A DNA stretch of 36,289 bases from Nemertoderma westbladi (lineage: Eukaryota; Animalia; Xenacoelomorpha). Under the pieces are notes generated by a model. It had not been told where the DNA came from. It worked only from the letters and a program-made list of their open reading frames with translations, and did not search any database. Shown here in pieces: positions 1 to 11,364 of the stretch (the first letter of the stretch is position 1; each line of letters opens with the position of its first letter). The translations under genes were made by a program, and so were the position numbers. Where the stretch lies: NCBI GenBank assembly GCA_032718475.1, contig JAUCBJ010005070.1, positions 1 to 36,289 on the forward strand, written 5' to 3'.

Positions 1-2
1 AA

Positions 3-802
3 AAAGGTCTGCATTTTTTGCATTTAAATGCACGATCTCTGCTTCCCAAACTTTCCGAAATTCGTATTTTAATCAATAAATCCAACCCAGCAGTTTTAAC
101 AATCTCTGAATCTTGGCTAGATGATAGCGTTTCTGATAGAGAAATTTATATTGATAATTAAGGTAAGGATATGGACAGACACGGTGGTAGTGTCTATACT
201 TACATTCGATGTGATTTAGCTTTTAATGGTAGGGAAGACCATAGGGAAGTTTTACTGGTGGAACTTTTACTTCCTAAAACTAAACCTATTTTAATGGGTA
301 CTTTATATCGGCCCCCTAAACAATCAGATTTTTTGCAAAATTTTGAAAATACAATCTTAGGTCAGACTGTGAAATATATTTCTTAGGTGATTTTAATATC
401 TGTTATCATCACAAAGCATCCCCCATCTGTAAACAGTACCAAAGTATTTTAAATTTGTTTGGTTTAAAACAAATTATTCGAGATTCTACCAGAATTACAA
501 GTATAACTTCTACTTTACTAGATCACATCCTTTGTAATAATACTGATATTATTTCTCAATCTGGGGTTTTACCTATAGGTCTAAGCGATCATTTTATAGT
601 TTTTTGCACAAGAAAGACACAAAAATCTTTTTTCGGGGATCATAAAACAGTAACAGTTAGGTCTTTGAAAAATTACAGCAAGGAACGCTTTTTAAGTTTG
701 TTAGTTAATTCTGACTGGGAACCCTGTTTTAAGGCTGCTGACATTAACTTTGCATACACTGTTTTTAAAGATATATTTCTAAAGGCACTTAATACTGTAG
801 CT
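3..802 (+). pseudogene. LINE (CR1/L2 group) ORF2 apurinic endonuclease domain, disrupted (LINE-A, 5' part)
   Basis: Frame 3 reads HLNARSLLPK...ISESWL...GGSVYTYIR...LYRPP. After a frameshift it reads FLGDFNI...TRITSITSTLLDHI...SDHFIVF. These are the canonical APE motifs; there is one in-frame stop and one frameshift. Confidence 0.9.
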
Positions 803-1391
803 ATAACTATTTGTATAAATTTAGGAAATACCATGTTTTAGCTGATTATAATAATTACTGCAAATATAGAAACCTTGTCCACATTGGTAATCTTGTATCT
901 GACTGACTGTAGGCCTGCCGACAATAAGACCAAGAAAGATACCGTTACTAGGCCTATATAGTTTTTATCCTTTGAGTCAGACTACAGCCAGACAGCACAA
1001 TGTCACCGCTCTTAATCTCCACAGTTGTCATCGTTCTGGGCCGTTTCGTTGTTGGCAGAACCATCCGATCCGCGGGGTAACCCTGCAAGCCACCCAATAC
1101 CCGTATTGGACTGGTTTGCGGAACACCCTGTCGCTACCGTTTCGTACTGCGGCACCGAATCGACGGAGATGTGGTCGACGAGTGGATTTAGCCTCTACTG
1201 CTCTCATCGGGGAAGAAGATCTTGGGTCTCCTCTCCACGAACTAGAGGCCTAATCGTCAATCCCGGAGTAAGATCGTCCAATGCGAGAGTTGTGACACAT
1301 TTGTACATTTAAAATGTTACCGTAGGAAAAGCAGTAATTTATTCTCCACCAGAAACAATCTTGAACCAAGTTTTCTCTGCAATATTCACAG

Positions 1392-2149
1392 CTTAAATGT
1401 AAATTACAAGTAGCTCAGAATAAAGTAGTACGATTTATTAAAGACTACAAACCTAGGCACCACCTAACTCCAGATGACTTTTCTGAATCTGGACTACTTA
1501 ACTTAGATAGTAGAGTTAAGCAGCTACGCCTTAACCATGTGCATAAAGTGTATAATGGTAAATGTCCCAATTACCTAAAACAAAAATTCAATAGAGTACG
1601 CGATACACACTCTTACAGTACCAGAGCTAGTGTTTCAAACTTCTACCTCCCGAATTGTAAATCCTTCGAATCTGATACTTTCTTTTTTAATGGCATTAAA
1701 AATTGGAACGCTCTGCCTAATGAAATTAAAAACCTAGATAATCAACATTCTTTTAAATCTGCAGTTAAATCTCACCTCCGTGTGTAATGTAAAAATAGGT
1801 ACAATAGTCCTACAGTAAGTTATTAGTTTATTAATTATTTACTATTTATACTGTAATTACGTTTTATAATAAATTGTTCTGTACATTACATCTTTATCGT
1901 TGAGTCGGACATTGTCACGCTCTCGGTAAAGTTGTACATGTACATAGTGTATTTACGTTTTATATGGGTTTTAGGTTAGCGTAGTGTAATATTGTATTTG
2001 TAACCAAGTAACATAAAGGACCCCCTTGGAAATAAGCTGCAAAGCTTTAGGGGTAATCCTAATGTTGGACAATACCTTTATACCAGTACATTGTTTTGTG
2101 TATTTGTTATTGTTTTTACATAATGTATAAATAAATCTATCTATCTATC
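1392..2149 (+). mobile_element. 3' end of LINE-A: ORF2 C-terminus, 3' UTR stem-loop and (TCTA)n tail
   Basis: LKCKLQVAQNKVVRFI...HSYSTR...FFFNGIKNWNALP...SFKSAVK, stop at 1787, is a typical CR1/L2 ORF2 C-terminus. The UTR has a stem-loop at 2018-2059 and an ATCT repeat tail at 2135-2149. Confidence 0.85.
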
Positions 2150-4484
2150 ATACGAACTGAATCTATTATCGACCACATACTTACAAATATTACTTCTTGC
2201 GTATCAACATCCGGAACATTTAAAGTAAAAATCGGTACATCAGACCATCAACCAACCTTCATCTGTCTTCAAAATTATTCCTGCTATTTTAAAAAACCCG
2301 ATCAACATAGTGCATTTGATTTTTCAAAATTTAACACAACTAACTTTCTTCACGATGTCAAACTCACATCCAACTGGTCTTATACAGATAAAAACGTTGA
2401 CAATTTTGAAAAATTTAATGTTTTTTATAAAGATCTCGAGAGAATTTGTCATAAACACGTCCCAACAAAAATTATAACGTCTCAACGAAAAATTCCCGAC
2501 AAGCCATGGATGACAGATTCTCTTATAACTTGTACTCTCCAGAAAAATAAACTATACCGCAATTACTTAAAATCTCCAACTGAAGTTAATCATGACATCT
2601 ATAAAAAATACCGTAACAAATTAACTTCTACCTTGCGTGTCGTGGAAAAAAACTACTATCAAATAAAATTTGAAGAAAATAGAAATAATATTAAAAAAAC
2701 CTGGGTAATTATAAATTCCGCTCTACATAGAAATAAGAAATCAAATATCCCAAATCAATTAACAATAAAAACAGATAATTCTGTAGAAGTTATTACGGAC
2801 CCCACTAAAATTGCCACTATTTTTAATAGTCATTTTGCTACAGTAGGACCAAAATTAGATAAACAAATTCCATTATCAAGTCGTTCACCTCTTCGTAATA
2901 TTTCACGATTCAACCTCCGCCCTAACTCCTTTGTTCTTACAGAGATTTCTCCTGTTGAAATAGAATACTTGATTCTTCAATTGAATCCTAAGTCCGCCAC
3001 TAATGACTCGCTCCCAATTAAACTAATTCAACTTGCAGCTAAGCCTCTCTCTATCCATCTAAACTACATAATTAATCTGTCGATTACTCATGGTTTTTTC
3101 CCTAGCGCCCTTAAAATAGCAAAAATTATTCCTGTTTTTAAATCTGACAATCCAAAAGACCCAAATAATTATCGGCCTATCTCCCTCTTACCAGTGTTAA
3201 GTAAAATTTTTGAGCAATTAATTAACTCACAGCTTCACTCTTACCTTACTAAATATTCAATCCTCTCTACGTGCCAATACGGATTTCGTCCAAAAACCTC
3301 GACATCGCATGCTTTACTCTCAGTTACAGAAAGAATCCATCAAGCCCTTGAAGAAAAAAATTCAACCTGTACCATCTATATAGATCTCAAAAAGGCATTC
3401 GATACCATTAATCATAAAATTTTATTAAACAAGTTAGAATGTTACGGTATCCGAGGATCTCCTTTGGATCTCATATCAAGTTTTCTGACTTCTAGATTTC
3501 AATTTGTCTCCATATCTGGCCACTCATCACCACTACTGCCCTTAACTTGCGGCGTACCTCAGGGAGGTCGTTCTATCACCGTTACTGTTCCTTTTGTACA
3601 TTAACGACTTGCCTAACGCTACTTCTCTTCTAACAACTCTCTTTGCCGACGACACTACTCTCCTTCAATCAGCTAAACATATTAATACTCTAATACATGA
3701 AACTAATAACGAATTAAATAAACTGACTGAATGGTTAGTAGACAATCGCCTTTCATTAAACTTATCTAAAACGGAATTTACTTTATTCACAAATACGGTG
3801 CAAAATACAACAAATATACCTCCACTACAAATTAATTCGAAAAATGTTAATAAATCCATATGCACAAAATTTTTAGGAATTCATGTAGACAACAAACTAT
3901 CCTGGAAGTCACACGTACAATTTATTACTAAAAAAATTTCTAGAACAATTGGCATCTTTTATAAACTTAGGCACTCTTTTCCACTGATTATACTCAGACA
4001 ACTTTATTTTTCACTTATACATCCATATATAAACTATGGTATAATCATATGGGGAAGTACCTATCCCTCTATACTTAAACCTCTACGTACCAAAATAAAT
4101 AAATTTGTCCGCTGCGTAACTTTTTCACACTCTCAATCCTCCTCACTACCTCTATATAAATCTCTATCTATTTTGCCCCTTGAATTATTATATAAACATC
4201 AAGCAGCCCTATTCATGCACGATATCCATTATAGTAATATTATATCTAATACTAGCCATATAGGCAAATTATTCATAAAAACTGCTTCCACCCACAGATA
4301 TTTCACGCGTTCTGTAGCACATGGAAACTATCATGTGCCATCAGTCCGGCTAGACTCCTCGAAACGGTCCCTGAGATATCAAGGTCCCTTGATTTGGAAC
4401 GACATTCCGCTAGCTGCTCGTGAATCAAAAAACAAAAATACTTTTTCGCGTAAATTTAAGGAAATATTGTTTGCCTCTACTTAA
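2150..4484 (+). pseudogene. LINE-B ORF2 reverse transcriptase, single frameshift near 3565
   Basis: Motifs NYRPISLLPVLSKIFE, QYGFR, DLKKAFDTINH, GVPQG / (frameshift) VLSPLLFLLYINDL, FADDT, LSLNLSKT, KFLGIHVD, YGIIIWG. Combines ORFs 2510-3604 and 3594-4484. Confidence 0.93.
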
Positions 4485-4905
4485 ATTTAAATATCTAATT
4501 TTGTATGTCGATTTATTGCATAATCCACATAATTAAAACATAAATCAATACAACGCAGTAAATTTTCACGGTGCCATGTTATTATAGTAGCCACCAAGGC
4601 CCTCAACTAAATTCGCAAAATTAGCTGAATAAGGTATACCCACGGACATTGTCACTGATTACCCCCCCCCCCCCTCCCCCAACCATAGCCTCACCCCCCC
4701 CCCCCCACCCTACCCCCCTCCCCCCACCCTACCCCCCATACTTTCCCCAACCCCTGGTTTCTCTAGCTGCTGTAGTTGGACTTTACTAGCTCTGCTATTG
4801 TCCGGCTACAGCAGCGCACTTTCATTCCTCCACTAAATTGTTAATGTAATCGTTAAAAGGTGCAGTTTGAGATATCAGAAGGAAATATACCTGATTTGAT
4901 TTGAT
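2150..4905 (+). mobile_element. LINE-B, CR1/L2 group (Crack/Daphne-like), 5' end missing
   Basis: Open frame from ~2150 (IIDHILTN...SDHQP, the end of APE) through RT. The 3' UTR has a poly-C tract (~4662-4740), a 16-bp hairpin (4766-4815) and a (GATTT)n tail (~4893-4905). Confidence 0.9.
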
Positions 4906-5911
4906 CTGCTTAAACTCTCCTACTTGTGGTTTGTATCTACAAGTTATAAATATCAACGAATTTCGGCCAACTACTTTGCCACATTGCTAAGAGTTGATGA
5001 TCTCAACAAGGAATTTATGGAATCATTTATTGGTTTTGACCAAACAGGTAAATTTGTTCGAATTATAATTGCATTTTAATTATATCTTGGTTAAAATATG
5101 GTCTTATAAAAACTTAGGACACACTTAAGCTAAATAAATAGAAAAAAATTTACAATGCAGACACCAGGGGTCGAACCCGCATCTCAGGATTACCGGTAGA
5201 GTATTCTACCATTAAACTATGTCCCTGGTTCGAACCCCAGTCTCTGCAATTTTGCAGTGACCCAATGTTATTTTATTAATTTCACATTTTTTAGGAAGAA
5301 ATAAAGGCCAGGGCATGGACTATCTACTGGAGGAAATACACCAACTAATCAAAGCCTTAATGTACGCTGGACAACCTAGGACAATGGAAAAGTGGAATCA
5401 GTTATATGGATCCATAAAGTCATTACATAAACTTCGCACTGAACTATTCGATTTGCTATCAGTTACCGATCCTAAGGAAGCCTACAAATCGCTCGAGCGG
5501 TATTCATCAGCCTATTTAGAAAACATGGACGACTGCGTCACGTGTTTGAGAGAATATATTCGAAGCTTAGGAACCCTTGACCCACAGCGCCAAAATTGTT
5601 AAATTACTGGCTTATCCGGAATCATGAGGTCATCCCAGCATGTGTCATGGTACAATACTGGAGCACTGTTTCATCGCTTAAAATCAGAACCCCACATCAC
5701 TTCCATCCCACGATTTCGTCCTTTACCTGTCACCAAACATGATGATGACAAAGGTAGGAATATTATCAATTGGACTAAAGCTGAACTAATTCAAATGGCT
5801 GAGGATATCAAGGGGGATCTTGGTGGAAATATGCTATTGGAATTTGAAAGAAAATGTCGAAGTGCGCAAAATAAAAATGATTATGTAGCTTTAATCAATG
5901 ACTTTTTATAA
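4906..5911 (+). pseudogene. Spliced, decayed C-terminal part of a putative DNA-transposase-like gene (Academ/DUF6589-like; family tentative)
   Basis: Exon 4906-5047 (LLKLSYLWFVSTSYKYQRI...FDQT) joins across a GT-AG intron (5048-5294) in frame to GRNKGQGMDYLLEEIHQLIK. ORFs 5315 and 5624 are the same frame, separated by one TAA. Confidence 0.5.
5156..5248 (-). repeat. tRNA-derived short repeat with an inverted second T-arm, inside the intron
   Basis: Minus strand has A-box TAGTTTAATGG and B-box GGTTCGACCCC. Plus strand has a second GGTTCGAACCC...TGCA, so the ends form an imperfect inverted repeat. The anticodon stem does not pair. Confidence 0.6.
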
Positions 5912-6059
5912 AGAAAATGAGTTTACAGTTAGTTTCAAAGTTTAAACTGAGAAGTATATTATTTACAGTACATACTATTTACTTTAATAAATGAGTTTCA
6001 AATTGAAAGTATATTATTTACTGTATGTAGTATTTACTTTAATTAATGAGTTTATACGT

Positions 6060-7095
6060 TTATACGAGTTTATGTATTATACGGCGGTACAGATCCAGTT
6101 GATGATCCATTCCTGAGTTTATTTCTTGTTGCTGCTTCTTCTTTAATGCCTTTGTTTTGGCAGCTTTTATAGCTGCATTCTGCCTTGATATCTTAAGGGC
6201 AGTCTTTTTCTTTTTCTTGGCTGCTGCAGCAGCTGACCCTCGGTGTTTAGAAGCTTGACTCAGTAGTTTAAGTTTTGCCGTTTGGTCGGACCTTTCTCTA
6301 ATCCCAGATCTTTTACTGGAACTCGCAACCACAGAGCCAGTTGCCTTTGGGGCCAGATTTAAAGACCTGCGAGATTTCCTCATAGCCTGTCTTTTCTTCT
6401 TCTCGTCACATCACTAGAAGAAAATTTAGATTGCGAAATTGCTAGATAAAAAATATGACCATGACCAATGATAAAAATTTAAACAAATTGATTTGTTTTA
6501 TAAAAATTTATATTAAACTTTTGAACCAACCCTATACATGATTTGCAGAACCATCTTGTCCCGGCTATGGTTTCTTGACCAAGGTCAATAACTCCAGTGC
6601 AGATGATGCGACCCCAGTTCCTAGGGAATTAATTAAAAAAAAAGTATATTCATATTTTATACAAATTAAATCATTTTTACATTGAAAAATTGCAACTATA
6701 TTTTTCTTTTTTTTACAATCTGATTTCTATTATAGAGCCTATAACATAAAATTCTTACTCGCATTGACTGCACGTGAGCCAGTCGGACCCGATCAATTTT
6801 TCCTCCCTGGAGTTGTAGTGTATGCCACAAAGGTTGCAAGTATTACCAGAAGCTGCTTGTTGGTTAACCTCTGCATCGTCTCGGCACTTAGAGTGAGATG
6901 GCGAGAAGCTCGTCGTTTCGGCATCTTTCTCGGGGGAAGCAGTTGTAGGCATTCCAGTGGCACCAGGTTCCTCCACGGGAGAATAAATTTTCTTCAGGAG
7001 CGAGCCTGGGATTGATTCTCCAACAAATACGCCAGGGTGCTGGTTGACAATTATTATCATTTCGTCCCCAGTGGCTGTCTCAAAATCTTTGCACT
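6060..7095 (-). pseudogene. Spliced PHD-finger gene relic with a Lys/Ala-rich basic tail
   Basis: Exon ending at 6759 (CNLC...WLTCSQC) splices over a GT-AG intron (6758-6621) to ENWGRIIC...WFCKSC, a PHD pattern with H changed to R. The last exon is ~6441-6060. Confidence 0.65.
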
Positions 7096-7408
7096 GAAAG
7101 ATGAAACATATTAATTAAATGCATTACAAATAAAAATAACAAAATACAGTTAAATAACAGTTTTTTTATTTATAAATTGTTGTTGTGCACACATATTCGG
7201 CAAAGAGACGAGATGCTCTAACCACTAATTATTTTTTCACTGGTTCGTGGTCATTCAGAATTAAATTATTATAGTTAGTTTCTGTAACGATTGTAAGTTG
7301 TAACTACAGAACTAACAATGACTTTCAATTGGATCTTTTTTTGCTGCAAAAATTCCACAACGCCGAACCACTGAGTTTTTCTGTGGGTGCTTAACTCTAG
7401 TCTTCTGA

Positions 7409-7526
7409 GGGACCTCTTCGGATGCGATTGGAAGAGTAGGGGCCTCTTGGGATGCAAGGAAGTGTAGGGGCCTCTTGGGATACGATTGGAAGAGTAGGGG
7501 CCTCTTGGGATGCGATTGGAAGAGTA
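7409..7526. repeat. Tandem minisatellite, four copies of a 28-30 bp unit
   Basis: Unit GGGGCCTCTTGGGATGCGATTGGAAGAGTA; encodes TLPIASQEAP on the minus strand, possibly an upstream exon of the PHD gene. Confidence 0.85.
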
Positions 7527-7815
7527 TCTACCAGCAACAATAAAATGTCATTGCATATGCATATGCCGGAATTCAAAGCCATTAACAATGTACATCAATG
7601 AACAAAATGCACGGTACCGAAAGATAAATGTTCTTGTGAAATTTTGAATTAAAAATGATTTATACCAGTAATGTTTTAATGCTTTTCAATTTTCGTTTTA
7701 TAAGAACGTTTAGCTATTTAAAATAGAAGTAAACAATAATGGCAGAACTGTGTTAGGTATATAATGGTTTTACCTTTCAACAGACAAAACTCAATCCATA
7801 CAGCCAAGCCATACG

Positions 7816-8584
7816 TACGGAGCCCCTAAAGGGACATGGGTTTCCCCCTTTTTTTTCTAAGTCCGGCCCGGAGATACTATCTCAGGCCCGGAGATAAAAT
7901 ACAGAACAGGTTCATAGATGTTATAGCGCTGACACAGCAATCAACAGAAACAAATTGCAGCCAATCAGCTAACTGGGTTAATTCCAGATCAATGGCTGTT
8001 CTACAAGTACAGACATCTTGACCGGGAACATGGAAATTAAGTTTCACATTTCAATTTGTGAGATATTTAATATGGAGACACAAGAGTATTGTTAGCACAG
8101 CACAATACAAAGTAATTACATATCTGGAGGGAGGCATGACCCCGTGCCATTGAATAAAAGCCGACCTACCAACGGGCATTTACTTAATGATAATACCCTT
8201 CTACGGCTACAGAAATGAACTACCAATAATAAGAACATTCCATATTATTTGGAGGCAATGGCTGAATAGCCGCATAAAGTTAAACTGCAACAGAGGTGTA
8301 TGTAAACCGAAACAAATAGGCCACGGTCACTCACAAAGGCCTGAATGAGATGATATGAGTATGACAAGCAGCTTTGAAGTATTGGCTACCCCAGAAACTA
8401 TAGTAACTGTATGAGATGGCAGAGTATCTCCGGGCCTGAGATAGTATCTCCGGGCCGGACTTAGTATCTCCGGGCCTGAGATAGTATCTCCGGGCCGGAC
8501 TTAGTATCTCCGGGCCTGAGATAGTATCTCCGGGCCGGACTTAGAAAAAAAGGGGGAAACCCATGTCCCTTTAGGGGCTCCGTA
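7816..8584. mobile_element. Non-autonomous TIR DNA transposon (IS3EU-like MITE)
   Basis: TIRs of ~80 bp, TACGGAGCCCCTAAAGGGACATGGG...CCCATGTCCCTTTAGGGGCTCCGTA. Direct repeat CATACG on both sides (7810-7815, 8585-8590). AGTATCTCCGGGCC subterminal repeats at ~8422-8540. Confidence 0.85.
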
Positions 8585-8730
8585 CATACGAGTCTATTCA
8601 CTAGTTGACAGTTGATTAATGAGACAGCAGGCAATCAACAAAGAGCGGGATAGCTCATTGGTTAAATGTAAGTAATGATCCTAACCAGGTTAGATCGGAT
8701 GTAACGTGGAGGCAGTTCCTTGAAAGTTCG

Positions 8731-9037
8731 CCTATCCTAGCTAGGATAGTTTTTATTATTGATTTTATTCAGAACCTATCTCCACTAGGATAGCTCTCTT
8801 AAAACGACTAATTTCCCGCCAAGCTTTCATTTCTACAGTGTGGCACTAAAATTCCTGGATGTTGGGGGCGGGAATTTTGAAATGTTATTAGAACTGCATC
8901 TATACAATCAGCCACTTCATGCACAATCGGCAAAATGTAAATAAGGTACACCTATCCTAGCGGGATAGGAACCTAGCTCCACTAGGATAGGTCAACATTT
9001 TTGACCTTCAAACACCCTATCCTAGTGGGGCTAGATC
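8731..9037. repeat. Cluster of inverted and direct CCTATCCTAG / CTAGGATAG motifs, probable remnant of another TIR element
   Basis: CCTATCCTAG at ~8731, ~8951 and ~9016; ACCTA(T/G)CTCCACTAGGATAG at ~8774 and ~8971. Confidence 0.5.
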
Positions 9038-9039
9038 CT

Positions 9040-11264
9040 CTACTGATTGATTATCTGGCATGCCGTGGTGTACCTCTAACACCAGGAATCGTTATGTTGT
9101 ATGCCAAGTGCATTGATAATTCTATTGTTCAGAATTGGAAATACGAGAAACCTGTATTTAGCAATAATAACAGCCATATGTATCACTGGTTTGGTGGCTT
9201 TATGAAGCGTCATCCTGGTCTGCGAATGCGAAAGGCTGCACGTAAAGATAAGGCCGGTGTGCTATTACAGTCGGTGATATTCGAGATTATTTTGCCATGG
9301 TAAAGGAGATTCTTGTCAAATCAAACATTGCCAAACTCAAACTCTGGATGATGGTTCATTGCAGATCATTAATCCTCAGTGTGTCTCAAATATGGATGAG
9401 ATGGCCATTGATTTGTGTAAGGATGCAAGTAAAGTCGTCATTCCCATCAAGAAGTTGACACGATCAGCTAAGACAAAGGTAGCCAGCAGTGAACATGTTA
9501 GTGTGGCCTGTACAGTGAATGCCGATGGTAGTGATCTTCCTCCCTTTGTTATCTTCCCCGGTGCTTTCTTTGGTGGCAACTACACTCAAGGTGGGCTGCC
9601 AGGTGCAGTTTATGCCAGATCAGAGTCAGGTTTTATGGACAGTGACCTTATGGTTAAGTACTATGTGAAAGTGTTCCGTAAGTATAAGAAAACAAGGAGG
9701 GTGTTGACAATGTTTTATTCTTGGATAGCCTTAACTCTCACCTTTCAATGGCACTTATTGATGAAGCACGGAAAGATAAGTCACATCTAGTGACATTTGT
9801 GCCAAATGCTACCCACATCACTCAACCACTGGATATTGCCATATACCGTAGCTTCAAGGCAGCACTATCCCGTATTGTTAGTATTGGGCAGGCCCCACGA
9901 GGATCCCTTTGGATTGCCAAAACAGACATCCACAGAATACTCCGCATCCCTCTTGATGATTCTCTTACAAAACGGAATATTGCATCAGGATTTCGAGAAG
10001 CAGGAATAATTCCTTATAACCCCAATGCAACTGATAAGACTCAATTAATTTCATCTGGCATTATTAGTAGTAAATGTGTTGACCTGAGACCAGATTATTG
10101 CCATTTTCCTGAGTCAAATGTTTCTACTTCCACTTCCACCCATGATGATTTCAGATCGGTTGGCCCTCAGCAGTCAAACGTTGTTGCTACTTCCACTTCC
10201 ACCCAAGATGACTTCAGATGGGTTGGCCCTCAGCAGTCAAACGTTGTTGCTACTTACTTCCACTTCCACCCATGATGACTTCAGATTGGTTGGCCCTCTG
10301 CAGTCAAACGTTGTTGCTACTTCCACTTCCACCCATGATGACTTCAGATCGGTTGCCCTCAGCAGTCAAACGTTGTTGCTACTTCCACTTCCACCCAAGA
10401 TGACTTCAGATGGGTTGGCCCTCAGCAGTCCAACGTTGTTGCTACTTCCACTTCCACCCATGATGACTACAGCTCAGTTAGCCCCTCAGTAGATGAATAC
10501 CTAGTAGATGAAGAAGACAGTGATAGTATTAGCACTCTACCAAGTGGGAGTGATAGTGGGGATACGGATATATGTGAGCTAGAAATTCTATTGGGCATAG
10601 AGAATCCTCTTAATAGTTTTCAAATGATAACACAACAGGTTGAGTTATCTTCACAATTGCATCAGGAACCTTCAGTGCATCTAACACCACAACTCGGACC
10701 ATCTTCACAATTACATCATGGACCTTCTGTGCATGAACACCCATTGGTTCGCTACAATGTCGTCCCTAGAGAATATGCTGATATATTTACCCCGGCTATT
10801 CATTATGTACCACCAGGTAGAAAGCGACCCCTGAGGGTGAAGACGAAAGCCCGTGTATTAACTTCTGATGAAGTGGTAAGTAATCTCAAAGAGCAAAGAC
10901 AAGAGATAGAAAAGAAGAAGGTTGCTGCTGAACAGAGGAAGAAGAATGCTCAAATCAAGAGAGCACAGAAAGCTGCTGTGGTTGAAACAAAGAGGAAGAG
11001 GAAGCAACATAAGAAATCGTTCCGTGGCAGTATTAAGAAAAAGACCAATGATTTTTGTGATATATCAGTTCTAATGATTCTGATGATGATATATATGATG
11101 TTTGTTATCTCTGTGGAACTAATGGTCTGGATAACAGTGCTGCCTGCACATGGGCTGGATGCAAACATTGTTCTCGCTGGGTCTGTGAGGATTGTGTTCC
11201 AATGACATTTGAAATTGGTGTAGACGACTACATCTGCGATATTTGTACCAGTATTGAAGATTAG
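9040..11264 (+). pseudogene. pogo/Tigger-type (DDE_1, CENP-B-like) transposase with C-terminal PHD finger, frameshifted
   Basis: HTH end (HWFGGFMKRHPGL), then NMDE, HVSVACTVNADG..LPPFVIFPG, SESGFMD, LDSLNSH, PNATHITQPLD. C-terminus is ARVLTS, a K/E-rich helix, then CYLC...WAGCKHCSRWVCEDC...YICDIC with TAG at 11262-11264. Confidence 0.88.
10120..10490 (+). repeat. 63-bp coding tandem repeat (~5.5 copies) inside the transposase
   Basis: Unit encodes TSTSTHDDFRSVGPQQSNVVA; a 4-bp insertion near 10251 and a 1-bp deletion near 10355. Confidence 0.9.
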
Positions 11265-11364
11265 GTGGTTTTAATCAATATAAATCACTTAAAAACTCAA
11301 TCTAAATAGTGTTAATTAAGCAAGCAGTTAATACTCTATTTATGTTAATCTGGTAGACCTATTT

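Noticed and set aside
972-1312. ORFs of 93 and 95 aa in the LINE filler
   Set aside because: Non-ATG starts and no recognisable motifs.
8422-8545. Regular repeats resembling a CRISPR array
   Set aside because: There are no unique spacers; they are subterminal repeats of the MITE in eukaryotic DNA.
10118-10492. Alternative-frame ORFs and apparently compensating +4/-1 indels
   Set aside because: They are products of the 63-bp repeat; a stop at 10273-10275 lies between the indels, so the frame is not functionally rescued.
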